DNA of 64,000 nt from an uncultured delta proteobacterium (GCA_963760795.1 CAVXEP010000014.1:19500-83499); one strand, 5' to 3'. Shown: positions 50,705-60,569, counted from the stretch's first letter. Translations and numbers: made by a program. Notes: generated by a model not told the origin, from the letters alone.

Positions 50705-51892
50705 TCAAGCGTGTGCATGTTGTTCGATCAGCTCACATGCCGTGGCGGCGCCGTCGGCGTTTTTCAATCGGCCGGCGAGCGTCCGGCAGTTCTCGCCAAC
50801 CTCTGGCGAACGCAGCAATCGAAGCATGGCATCCGCTATAATTGCCGGCTGCCATTTTGGCGGGGGTAAGAACTCCGCGATCCGCAGCTTCTTCAAATGG
50901 GACGCGTTGTCCGGACGATCCGCCCCTTTGGGCAGAACAAGCTGTGGAACTCCGGCAGCCATCGCGCATCCCAGGGTTCCCATACCCCCATGGTGAATCA
51001 CCAGTTTTACTTGGGGCATCAGCTTCCCGAATGGAACATAGCCGACCCAACTAACACAACCAGGATAATCACCCGGTAGCTGCTCCTTGTGCTGTGCCAC
51101 CAGAATCCCTAGAACATTTAACGATCGGCAGGCTGCAGCACTAGCGGCATAGAATTCCCCATCTAAATACATGCCCGTGCCCGCCGTGATCAGAATCGGC
51201 GTGGCAGATTTATTCACGGCGTTTTGGATAATCTCTGGAATCTCGCCCTCATTACCGTCGTCATCTCGAAAAAAACCCACCGGGGTCACGGTGAACGGCA
51301 AGTCAAATTCAACCTTGGCAAACCAGTCGGGCCACAACCCGATTGCGCCCGATGGATACTCAAGCCGGGCATCTCCATGCACGACTTTCTCCAGGCCCAG
51401 CGCTGCTCGAGCTCGATCGATGTCAGATCGTAACAGATCGGTGAACAATTGTTGCCGGAGCTTCCAGGTCGCAGCTTGACTGGGAAATCCGAAAACCCAG
51501 CGCAGCGGCAAGTGGCTCTTTTCGGCGGCCACGCGCATCGCGGTGTCGAAAAGATCGCGGGTTACGAGAACGGTGTTTCGTGATTGGCACGCCTGCGCAA
51601 TCAACTCGTAATGTCTGACAATCTTAGCTAATGAATGTTTTCGAATGAATTCTGATACTCCACGAGGATCATTCAAGAGATGCTGATCGGCGATGAATTC
51701 TCGGTACTCTTCGGGAGTGTCGACGGGGATGAACTCTAAAGAGGCTCGTTTGGCTATTTCTTCGTAACCAAAATGAGTTATGAGATTGACCTCATGACCT
51801 CGCGCTTTGAGCCGGCGTCCAATCTCAATGAACGGCGAGACATCACCCCTCGATCCAACAGAAAAAAGAACCACATTTAACGGTAGGGTCAC
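50705..51892 (-). CDS. GT1 (GT-B fold) glycosyltransferase, RhlB/sterol-glucosyltransferase-like
   Basis: GSRGDV.PF..IG..LK.RGHEV, HHGGMGT, GVPQLVLP..ADRPDNA. Confidence 0.88.
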   Translation of the reverse strand: MTLPLNVVLFSVGSRGDVSPFIEIGRRLKARGHEVNLITHFGYEEIAKRASLEFIPVDTPEEYREFIADQHLLNDPRGVSEFIRKHSLAKIVRHYELIAQACQSRNTVLVTRDLFDTAMRVAAEKSHLPLRWVFGFPSQAATWKLRQQLFTDLLRSDIDRARAALGLEKVVHGDARLEYPSGAIGLWPDWFAKVEFDLPFTVTPVGFFRDDDGNEGEIPEIIQNAVNKSATPILITAGTGMYLDGEFYAASAAACRSLNVLGILVAQHKEQLPGDYPGCVSWVGYVPFGKLMPQVKLVIHHGGMGTLGCAMAAGVPQLVLPKGADRPDNASHLKKLRIAEFLPPPKWQPAIIADAMLRLLRSPEVGENCRTLAGRLKNADGAATACELIEQHAHA

Positions 51893-51912
51893 GTAAGTCC
51901 TGCCGTGCGTCC

Positions 51913-54154
51913 CTACTTGCGCTCCGGTAGATGGGTCTCAGATAAGCGGCTGCCAGTAAGATTCTCGGCTTGCTCTTCGGTAAGTTCCGATAGCTTCTGA
52001 AAAATCTGATTTACATCCTCTGAGTTCATTCTCTTAAGTTGTTGCTGCACTAACGTGTCCGCTAGTTCCGCCACCGTGAAGCTGCTGGTGAAAAGCAACG
52101 TCGGCGTGAGCTCGGCATCAAACTCAGCGTTCAATCGGGACAGTACTTGCATCGCGATTAGCGAGTGACCACCCAAATTGAAAAAACTATCGTGGACACT
52201 GATTTCGTCAAGACCCAACAAGTCGCAGAAGATCGCAGCGACCGCGGTTTCCACCGGAGTGCGAGGACGGATAGCGATCGGAACTGCGGAGTGTCGCATA
52301 CGGATCTGAGCAAACCGGTCGTGAATCGACGGGACATCGCGCAGCCTCTCAGCGATGGTAGCCAAGAACGTATTTAGGGCGGCCATCTCGGCTGTGGTCA
52401 TTCCGCCTGGAACCTGCATCGTCACTTTCTTCGACTCGGCCATTGTCATTGTTGGAATGCTCGGTCGGAGAGTAAGTGACCGATGCCGCGGCCGCCGCGA
52501 CAAGCTGAAACAGCTGGCGATCGGGGAATGAAGTACAAACGACGCCCGGCAGGCTTTTCAGAAACACCACGGCAGGAATATTTTTCGGCGACGGTTTGCA
52601 CATGATATTGACGGACTTCAATCCGCGCTGTTGTGCAAGTAAGCCGAGATGAGCGATCACTCGGTGCTCCACCCCGCGGCCCAACGCTCGGCAACTGAGC
52701 AGAAACGAATCGACGACTAAGCCGTCGTTCTCTGTCTGATATAGGATCGCCCCAACAAGGCCATAATCTCCAAACCGGTCCTTTACATGCACGACCAGGC
52801 AATCTGTAGATGCGGCCCCCTGAAGCTGCTTCATTTCCAAAGGCGTGCGCCGCTGCGTCGTCGTATTGAATTGGTTGGTTCTCATTGTCAGTTCGGCCAC
52901 CCGCTCGACCTCGGGATCGGCCATTTTTGAAATGGTCACCGCCAACTCAAGATTGGCGAGAAAATCGTCGAGCGATGTTGCGTCACGCCGAACCTGTTCG
53001 CGCATGAAATGCTCTTGATAGAGTTTCGTGCGTTGCCGGTCCTCGTTGGTCAACGACTCATGATCGAAGGCCCAAACATGGCGCAAGAAGGCTGGAATTT
53101 CGCTCGGCACCGGTGGCAACAAAAGAGTCAGAACTTCCGGCAACCTCGCGCGGATCTCGGCACAGACCATTGAATCGTCGTCGAGAAATATAAAACTATC
53201 GAGGGAAAGCCCAAGTTCCTGCGACAGGGAGGCCAGGTTCTCCGACTTCGACTGCCAATTGATTCGCCAGGCCACGAGATCCCGTTTCTTCAACAGCATT
53301 TCGCTGCGCGCATCGAAAACCTGCAACACTTCTTGTTCATCGTTCTTGCTGCAGAGGGCGACCAGCATGCCACGGCGCTGCTGTGCGAGAACGCATTCCT
53401 GAAGAATTTTTCGGCAGGGTTCGAAACTTATCCCTGCACAGCCATCCTCACCGACAACACCGCTCCACAAAGTATTATCGCAATCGAGCACGATGACCTT
53501 ACGCTGAGGGAGCTTTAACTTGTGCAGCTTACGGGCAATCATCATCGACAAGGCTGTATAAAAACGGGGTGCATAGGGAATGTCGGCCAATAGACTGCCG
53601 TGAGGGTCATGATAGTCGGCCAACGGATACAGAGATAAGAGAGCGCCGCTAGTGACGATCTCCACGGCGCTCATTCGTGAGAGCTCCGATGCAAGCCACT
53701 CTTCCATTTCAGCCAAGGAGTTGGATTCCCGAATTGAATCTGCAATCGACGGACTAGGCGGGCATAGTATCACAATTAACGGAGCGGCATTCCGCTTCCT
53801 GAGCTCGACAACCCCGGCGAGAAAATCGACAACGTTGCGCTTCAATTCTTCATGTGAATCCGGCATTGGGAAGTCATCAGTTGGAGCAACAACAGGCTTT
53901 CCATACCAATCTGCAAGGCGTACCAATGCAACATTCACTCCGTTTTGGTTCTTTGCATGCAAGCTCGCTGGGTCGAGTAATTGTTGAAACACCTGGTTGT
54001 ACGGCGCGAAGGAAATCGCAGCAGTGACGCCCATCTCACGCAGCCAGCATTGAAGCGGCTCTTCCACTGGCTCGGCGACAAAGGTGGCGCAGATCGCCAC
54101 GTGCAGTCCGGGAGGACCCGCGGCTTCTATCGAATTGTCGTCCACTGTATTCAT
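51913..54154 (-). CDS. fkbH: FkbH-like glyceryl transferase/phosphatase fused to a phosphopantetheine carrier domain and C-terminal docking-like tail; frameshift between about 52380 and 52480
   Basis: ATFVAEP..YNQVFQQLLDP, KVIVLDCDNTLWSGVVGEDG (HAD DxDxT), LCSKN, RTNQFN, DRFGDYGLVG, LLSCRALGRGVE. Downstream frame: PRTPVE...FFNLGGHSL (Ppant Ser) and LSELTEEQAENL. Confidence 0.88.
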
Positions 54155-54167
54155 GAATTACCCTCGT

Positions 54168-55637
54168 CTACTGAATCATGCATTTTTCGAGCAGAAGCTG
54201 AATCGATTGCTTGGCTAGTTGGTTTGGCGGCATCAGAAGCCCCGCGCTCCCACGGGCGATTCGGACACGCGGCGACTCCACCGTCGCTGTTCGTCTGGTT
54301 CCAGCCAACGGCGCGAAAGGGTCCTGCGTCGCTGCCAATTTGTTTGTCGCCATACTATTCGCCAGGCTTGGCATCTGCCTACTATCCACGGCGAACCAGC
54401 ATTGGTAGACTCCCTGATCGGTCTCCAAGATCATGAAAGCGCTACGTTGTAGCAGGTCCAGCGCTGGAGCATCCAAGTCGTTTAAGCGCAGCAAACTCAG
54501 TCCGCCTTGCCGGCCATGGTCCCCGGGACGAATAGCCACACTAAGATGCTTATGCTCGGCCTCTCTCAAGAGCTCGGGCAATCGGCGTCGAAGGTCGTCA
54601 GGTCCCAAATTTGGTAGCGACTCCAATACTTCGCTATTTTTTGCGCTCACCCTCAGTTCGAAACAATCCCGGTCGATGGACTGGAAAAGCGCAATCATCA
54701 ACTCGGCTTGTTCAACAGGAGATACACCCTCCTCTTCGTCCGCGACATACGTAACCCCGGTCATGATTCGGCGGTGCCCTCGGCCAAACTTGACCAATAA
54801 GTCCCTTGATACCGGAGTCGATTGGTTGTTGCCACGCCATCCCATGGCAGTGACGCCCCACTTTTCGCAGAATCGGTTGGTGGTGGCGATATTCCACTGC
54901 TCGCTCCACCGAAGCATGAAGTACGGCAGGTCGGTCCAGTCGTAGGGAGGTGAAGGAATATAAGTAACGACAGATTTTGGTTCGAAATAAACCGAGCCAC
55001 CCGCTCGGTTTACGCCCAAACAAAAATCGATATGCTCGTGGACACTCAATAGTTGCTCGTCCAGAGTCCCAACAGATTGGAATGTCTCGGTTCGCACCAA
55101 CATGCAGTGAAACTCTACATAGTCAAAGCGTCTTCTTACCAGCCGCTCTTTTAATTCTCGAATCGGCGTATTGAAAAGATTTTGCTCGTCGTACAAAACC
55201 TTCCCCCCAGACTCGTCTTTGAAGTTGACATTTCCACCGGCAACGTGGACAACCCCGGCGCCGATCTCGCCGATCAAGCAGAGCGGTCCGACAACCCAGG
55301 CGCCGGTCTCCTCGGCGCAGCGAACCATGGCCTCTAGCCATCCCGGAGTAACCAGCGCGTCGTTATCGATAAAAACTACGTATTTCGTCTTGACCTCTTT
55401 CACGCCGAGGTTACGTGCTTGATTGGGCGATATGTGATGTTCCGTAGTGATCAGCAGAAATCCCTTTTCGCTCGACTGCTGTTGAAGGTAGCGTTGAACA
55501 CGGGAGGGAGCTTTACCGGCAACATAAACGAGGTGAAACGGCAACGGAGTGTTTTCGTAAATGCTCGAGAGGGATCGCTTCGTCAAACTAAAACGCTCTC
55601 GTAGCACAACAACTAAAGTGACTTGCGGATCTTGCAA
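54168..55637 (-). CDS. GT2 glycosyltransferase fused to C-terminal RepB-primase-like (AEP) domain
   Basis: GGAGG RBS then TTG at 55637. GT-A motifs SPNQARNLG, VVFIDND (DxD), EFHCMLVR, EHIDFC. C-terminal about 175 aa: VAIRP..LLRLNDLD..ILETDQGVYQCW..PLAG. Confidence 0.8.
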   Translation of the reverse strand: MQDPQVTLVVVLRERFSLTKRSLSSIYENTPLPFHLVYVAGKAPSRVQRYLQQQSSEKGFLLITTEHHISPNQARNLGVKEVKTKYVVFIDNDALVTPGWLEAMVRCAEETGAWVVGPLCLIGEIGAGVVHVAGGNVNFKDESGGKVLYDEQNLFNTPIRELKERLVRRRFDYVEFHCMLVRTETFQSVGTLDEQLLSVHEHIDFCLGVNRAGGSVYFEPKSVVTYIPSPPYDWTDLPYFMLRWSEQWNIATTNRFCEKWGVTAMGWRGNNQSTPVSRDLLVKFGRGHRRIMTGVTYVADEEEGVSPVEQAELMIALFQSIDRDCFELRVSAKNSEVLESLPNLGPDDLRRRLPELLREAEHKHLSVAIRPGDHGRQGGLSLLRLNDLDAPALDLLQRSAFMILETDQGVYQCWFAVDSRQMPSLANSMATNKLAATQDPFAPLAGTRRTATVESPRVRIARGSAGLLMPPNQLAKQSIQLLLEKCMIQ

Positions 55638-55918
55638 TTGGCGCCTCCGATTTCTCACGCACACGGAATTAACCTACTATCCAAGAGCACCGATGGTCCT
55701 TTATTTACTCGAGCTTAGCAAGCCAAATGCGCGGCCCATTCGCTTTGCCCGGACTCCGCACCCATGAATTAACAGATATAGCTATCGGCATCCAGGCGTC
55801 GACGACTGAGGAGTTTTGTTCTGGAACATTTCTATTCTATCGAATCTCCCTATTGACGGCGAGGCGGCCATTGAATATTGGTACGACAGCTAAAATCCGC
55901 AGCGGAGGTATTTTGCAT

Positions 55919-56929
55919 ATGCGCATGATCGTCATCGGCACCGGCCCCATCGGCGGCATCATCGGCGGCAGGCTGGCGCGCGCCGGCGCGGACATCACCT
56001 TCGTCGACATCGACAAGGAACATGTCAGCGCGATCCGCGACAAAGGCTTGCAAGTCGACGTCCCCGACGGTCCGTTCAACGTCAAAGTAAAGATCGTTTA
56101 TCCCAACGAGCTCAATGAGATTGGCGACAAGTTCGACACCGGCTTTATCGCCGTGCGTTCCAACTACACGCCCGACGCCTTGAACACTGTCCTGCCCCAT
56201 CTCGCTGACGACGGCGTGTTGGTGTCCATGCAGAACGGTATCAATCCGCCGCTGCTGCAAGAAAAAGTCGGCGCCGACCGCACTCTCGGAATGGCGATCC
56301 GCATGGGTTGCCGCAAAGTCGGCCCCGGCCATGTCCAAACCGACATTCGCGGGCATCTCTACCTTGGCCACCTGCACGGCAAAACCACGCCGCGCTTGCA
56401 AGAGCTGCAAAAAACTCTTGACGCCGTTATGGAAACGGAAATCTCCGACAATATCCTTGGCGTACTCTGGAGCAAGCTCACCTACACCTGTCTCGGCTAC
56501 TACGGCTCGCTGGCCGACGCATCCTTGGCGACAACTTGCACGACCGAAGCCGACCGCCGCACCATCGCCGACTTCTTCGCCGAAATCGTCGCCGTTGGCG
56601 AAGCGCTGGGCGTGCGCTGGATCAAACTTGCGGAGTACTACCCAGCCGATTTCCATCCAAGCAACTCCGCCGACAAACGGCTTGCCGCGGTCAATGAATT
56701 CGCGAAAACCTGGAAGCCAGAAGACCGCAAAGGCCCGCTGCGCTACGTCCAGAACAAGCTTCGCACCGAAGTCGACTTCACCCTCGCCTACGTCGTTAAC
56801 GAGGGAAAGAAGCTGGGGATGAAGATGGCGCTGTGCAGCGAGCTGCTGGAGATTTTCCGCGAGTTGGAAGCGGGCAAGAGGCAATTTGGCCAACAGAACT
56901 ATGAGGAGCTGGTGGCAACAATTAAATGA
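55919..56929 (+). CDS. Ketopantoate reductase (PanE/ApbA) family protein
   Basis: VIGTGPIGGIIG..L, VSMQNGI, SDNI....WSKL, TEVD. Confidence 0.85.
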   Translation: MRMIVIGTGPIGGIIGGRLARAGADITFVDIDKEHVSAIRDKGLQVDVPDGPFNVKVKIVYPNELNEIGDKFDTGFIAVRSNYTPDALNTVLPHLADDGVLVSMQNGINPPLLQEKVGADRTLGMAIRMGCRKVGPGHVQTDIRGHLYLGHLHGKTTPRLQELQKTLDAVMETEISDNILGVLWSKLTYTCLGYYGSLADASLATTCTTEADRRTIADFFAEIVAVGEALGVRWIKLAEYYPADFHPSNSADKRLAAVNEFAKTWKPEDRKGPLRYVQNKLRTEVDFTLAYVVNEGKKLGMKMALCSELLEIFRELEAGKRQFGQQNYEELVATIK

Positions 56930-56975
56930 TTCAGCCAAGAGCCCCGGTGGAAAATCAAATACATCGAGAGCCCTG

Positions 56976-57884
56976 TTATCTTCCTTGGATCCCTGCCAGG
57001 TATTGACTGAACCTATCGTTGAAATTCTCAAGCGTCTCACCAAAGGCTTCGGAAAAATTGCGCTGACGATTATTCAACTTGGCGAATTTGCGGAAATAGT
57101 CGAGTACCGCGGCCATTCCTTTCTCTTCGATTAATAAATCGATCGCGACCATACCCTGGCCGTAAGCCGCAGGGCGTCCCTGGGTCGTGGTCCAAGTCAG
57201 GATATCGGCCTGGGTATGCAGTTGTATCAACGACGGCAGAGCCTGGCGCGCGCTACCGGCGACAACGGAATCCACGACACGCTGGCGACTTTCGCCAAAG
57301 TTTTCGATGTTTAGACTATCGAGAACTTTGTAGCCGACCCAATCGGCAAATCCTTCAATCAGCCAGTTTTCCCAACTCGCCGGGCGTCGCGCGGCGAGAC
57401 TTCGCTGGAGCAGATGGGTTATCTCGTGCGCCAATACCCGAACACGCTCGCTCCATGGGTATCGTCTAAAAGCGATTTCATGAACGAGAATGTTATCGTC
57501 AATTGCCACTGCCGCTGCCGTGACGGAGCGCTGCCGAGCTAAAAAAGCGATATTTTCCTGTCTGGCCGCCTCTGGCTGCCGCCTACCGGTACGCTCTTCC
57601 GCCCGGCGAGCGCTTTTTTCGAACTCCGCCGCCAAGCCACTCTCAAAAGTTTGATAGTTAGAATAGAAAGTCACGACACCCTGGATCGGTGGGAATTTCA
57701 GCTCCCGTACCATCGCCGTGCTGATAGCGGAGAGCACTTCCGGATAGTTCTCGTTGAGCCAATTCACTGAACGAGCAGCGTCCTCGGACGGCGCAGGAAT
57801 CGGAATCACCTGCGGCGCTGTGGCGCACGCGTGGAGGAACAGGCCACAAAAAACAGCGCAAACTAGCCGCTTGAATGCGCGCAT
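56976..57884 (-). CDS. Putative lipoprotein with gluzincin-type (peptidase MA-like) zinc site
   Basis: Lipobox LHAC; AHEITH (HExxH) followed by WL.EGFADW; F.EAFG C-terminus. Confidence 0.7.
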   Translation of the reverse strand: MRAFKRLVCAVFCGLFLHACATAPQVIPIPAPSEDAARSVNWLNENYPEVLSAISTAMVRELKFPPIQGVVTFYSNYQTFESGLAAEFEKSARRAEERTGRRQPEAARQENIAFLARQRSVTAAAVAIDDNILVHEIAFRRYPWSERVRVLAHEITHLLQRSLAARRPASWENWLIEGFADWVGYKVLDSLNIENFGESRQRVVDSVVAGSARQALPSLIQLHTQADILTWTTTQGRPAAYGQGMVAIDLLIEEKGMAAVLDYFRKFAKLNNRQRNFSEAFGETLENFNDRFSQYLAGIQGR

Positions 57885-58061
57885 TCACTTTCCTCCTGAT
57901 GGCTTTCACTGGCCAACGAACCGGGCTTTTATCGTGTTATCTGTATCAGGCTTTGTTTATTTTCGTATTGCCAACGCACTAAGCGAACTTTTATCTCCCA
58001 ATCGGGGTCACGGGTTCAGCTTACCGTTGCACCATGCATTCAACGAAATGGCTGGTTTGCT

Positions 58062-58349
58062 TCATGCCAGGCGAAGAACCAGGCGCTTGCCACAGGCATT
58101 GACGTGGTTTCGCACAGTAGCGATGGACTGCGAGTGCGTGCCGGTCGCAAGCGCGCGCTCGACACGGGCAATGGCAGGGGCGTGCGTTCCCATGCGTTGA
58201 GCAAGCTGCGCCTCGGAGAGACCCGCCTGTTGACGCGCTCTGAGCAAGACATCTAGGAGAACTCCTTCTTCTCGCTCGATGCGTTCGACTTCCGAGCGCA
58301 CGCCTTTACGGCGCATCAGCTTCTCAACCAATTGATTGTGAGTTCGCAT
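58062..58349 (-). CDS. XRE-family HTH antitoxin (HigA-like)
   Basis: LL.AR.QAGLS.AQLA.RMGT.APAIAR.E, ACGKRL. Confidence 0.8.
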   Translation of the reverse strand: MRTHNQLVEKLMRRKGVRSEVERIEREEGVLLDVLLRARQQAGLSEAQLAQRMGTHAPAIARVERALATGTHSQSIATVRNHVNACGKRLVLRLA

Positions 58350-58435
58350 TTTTAATCTCCTTCATTCGCGCCTCGGCTATCTGGCGTTCACACCGATGGC
58401 GTTCGTCGCGATTTTTTGAAGGAGCTATGAAGATC
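58325..58435 (-). pseudogene. C-terminal remnant of a RelE/HigB (Gp49-like) toxin
   Basis: Manual translation LHSSFKKSRRTPS, then after a frameshift ERQIAEARMKEIKNAN, overlapping the antitoxin start. Confidence 0.6.
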
Positions 58436-58509
58436 AAAGTTCAGCTGCAAATGATAACGAATATGCTACTTACGCACAATTGCCCAAGACAGGGATTCCG
58501 ATGAACATT

Positions 58510-58570
58510 GTAGGGGCAGACCCGCGTGTCTGCCCTCCGGAGGGGGCGACCACCGGGGGTCGCCCCCTCC
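58510..58570. repeat. GTAG-type REP doublet
   Basis: gtaggggcagacccgcgtgtctgccc ... gggggcgaccaccgggggtcgccccc. Confidence 0.7.
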
Positions 58571-58697
58571 ATAGGATTTCAATACTGAAAACTACATAGC
58601 TTTCAGAAGCGTTGACATCGAAATAGCCTTTCCACTAGTGTCGATTTCTGTGCAACCAGAAGCGATCGGCAATTCCAATCCAAAAGGACATCAAGCC

Positions 58698-59561
58698 ATG
58701 AGCGATCAACTCTACAAAGACTTCCGCCCAAACGAGATGGAGTATCAGTACAACCCGCGCGCGTCGGTGCCGGAGTATCCGGAGCTGGCGAAAGTCCGCG
58801 CGGCGCAGGCAAAGAAAGTCCGCGAGACGGCGAAGTCCTGGCTCAATATTTCGTATGGCAGCTCGCCGCGCGAGACGTTGGATATTTACGCCGCCGACAA
58901 GCCCGGCGGGCCGGTGCTGGTCTACATTCACGGCGGCTATTGGCGCAGCGGCAGCAAGGAAGACAACTGCAACTTCGTGCCGACCTTCACCAAGCGCGGC
59001 GCCACGGTGGTGCTGGTGGAGTACGATCTTTGCCCGCAGGTCACGGTCACCGACATCGTCCGGCAGACCCGCGCTAGTATCGCCTGGGTCTGCAAAAACA
59101 TCATGCGTTACAGCGGCGATCCGTCGCGCATCTATCGTCTCGGGCCACTCCGCCGGCAGCCATCTCACCGCCATGGCGCTGGCGCATGATTGGACGAAGG
59201 AAGGTCTACCGCAGGACTGCATCAAAGGCGCCGTCGCGACATCCGGCGTTTTCGATCTCGACATGGTGATGAAGATCAGCGTCCAGGAACAAGTGCGCAT
59301 GACGCCGGAAGTCGGCCAAGCTCAATAGTCCGTTTACTCAATCCGCCCATAGTAAAATGCCCGCTGGTGGTCGCCGTCGGCAGCGCCGAGCCCAAAGGCT
59401 GGCAGCAAATGTCGGAAGATTATTTCAACTATTGCAAACGACAGGGAATGAACGCCGACTATCTCGTCGTCCCGGGCGCGAACCATTACACCATGTCGGC
59501 GAAGTTATTGGACGAGAGCAACCCGCTGACCCAGGCCATGATCAAGCAAATGGGAATATAA
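58698..59561 (+). CDS. Alpha/beta hydrolase, arylformamidase (KFase)-like, two frameshifts (about 59135 and 59315-59335)
   Basis: YNPR..VP, YG....E.LDIY, VYIHGGYW, GHSAG.HL, SG.FDL, VG..E, GANHY. Confidence 0.82.
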
Positions 59562-59574
59562 ACCGAAGAAATCT

Positions 59575-59700
59575 GTTCCAAGGGTTCCAAATGTTCCAGT
59601 CGTTCCAATTGTAAAGCCCATGCGCAATCAAGCTGGCTTTCTCGGTTGAATATGGAATTGAGTTCCGAAACCTTGGAACGTCTGGAACCATTGGAACATT
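59575..59700. repeat. Inverted 9-bp GTTCCA arrays
   Basis: gttccaagg gttccaaat gttccagtc gttccaatt ... ttggaacgt ctggaacca ttggaacat. Confidence 0.8.
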
Positions 59701-59735
59701 TGGCACGAGTTAAAAGATTTTAGGAGTTATAGACC

Positions 59736-60569
59736 ATGCCCAACGTAAACCTACCGACCGGCGCAAATCTCTATTACGAAACCCACGGCCAGGGCGAGCC
59801 GCTGGTGCTGATACCGTCGACGGCGTTTTCCTGTGAAGTGTGGAAGCCGTCGCAGTTGCCGCTGGCGCAGTCGACACAGCTGATCCTGCACGATCCGCGC
59901 GGCTGCGGCCGCACCACTGAAACGCAGAAAGTTTACACCATCAATCAGATGGCCAACGATGTCGTTGCGCTGCTCGACCATCTGAAAATTCCGTCGGCGC
60001 ATCTTTGCGGCCACTCCATGGGCGGGCGCATCGCGCTGGAGATGGCGCTCAACTTTCCCGGCCGGGTAAAGAGTTTGATCATGGCCGCCAGCGGTTCGGG
60101 CCAAGCGGCGCGGCCGGGGCCGGACTGCATTCCCGGTCTGCCCCATTGGCTGGTGATCCGTCTGGTCGAAAAAGGCTTCGAGCGCGCGTTGCGCGAGGAG
60201 TTCTGCGACACCGATGCATTTTTCACCAAAGACTTTCGCCAACGCCATCCGGAAAAAGTCGAAGCATTTTTTCAGACAGCTTACGCGACCCACGCCAAGC
60301 TGCCGGAGTTCATTCATTTGATTATCGCGCGGCACAACTGGGAGGCGACCCATCGTCTCGGCGACGTGCAGTGCCCGACGCTGGTATTTATTGGCGACCA
60401 CGATTCGGCGCGCAGCAATCATCTCGCTCAAGCCGAAGCGCTCCGCACTCGCATCGCTAAAGCCGAACTACAAGTCTTAAAAGGCCAATCCCACGGCTTT
60501 TTCTGGCAAGCGCCGGAAGAGACCAACCAAGCGATTGGCGAATGGGTAAAGAGACATAGCACCAGCTAG
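59736..60569 (+). CDS. Alpha/beta hydrolase (PcaD/enol-lactonase-like)
   Basis: YYETHG.GEPLVL, D.RG.G, GHSMGG nucleophile elbow, PTLV..G..D, SHG. Confidence 0.88.
   Translation: MPNVNLPTGANLYYETHGQGEPLVLIPSTAFSCEVWKPSQLPLAQSTQLILHDPRGCGRTTETQKVYTINQMANDVVALLDHLKIPSAHLCGHSMGGRIALEMALNFPGRVKSLIMAASGSGQAARPGPDCIPGLPHWLVIRLVEKGFERALREEFCDTDAFFTKDFRQRHPEKVEAFFQTAYATHAKLPEFIHLIIARHNWEATHRLGDVQCPTLVFIGDHDSARSNHLAQAEALRTRIAKAELQVLKGQSHGFFWQAPEETNQAIGEWVKRHSTS

Noticed and set aside
51913-52503. Separate stand-alone carrier-protein gene
   Set aside because: Its N-terminal LATIAERL..V.SI segment matches the usual FkbH-to-carrier linker and overlaps the FkbH frame. A frameshifted fusion is more plausible given the indel rate, though a real split cannot be excluded.
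54168-54720. Integrated plasmid replicon
   Set aside because: The RepB-like region is fused in frame to GT2 and has altered catalytic motifs. No iterons, helicase, relaxase or integrase are nearby.
16746-59700. Short repeat arrays as CRISPR
   Set aside because: Units are 7-9 bp, with no unique 25-45 bp spacers and no cas genes.
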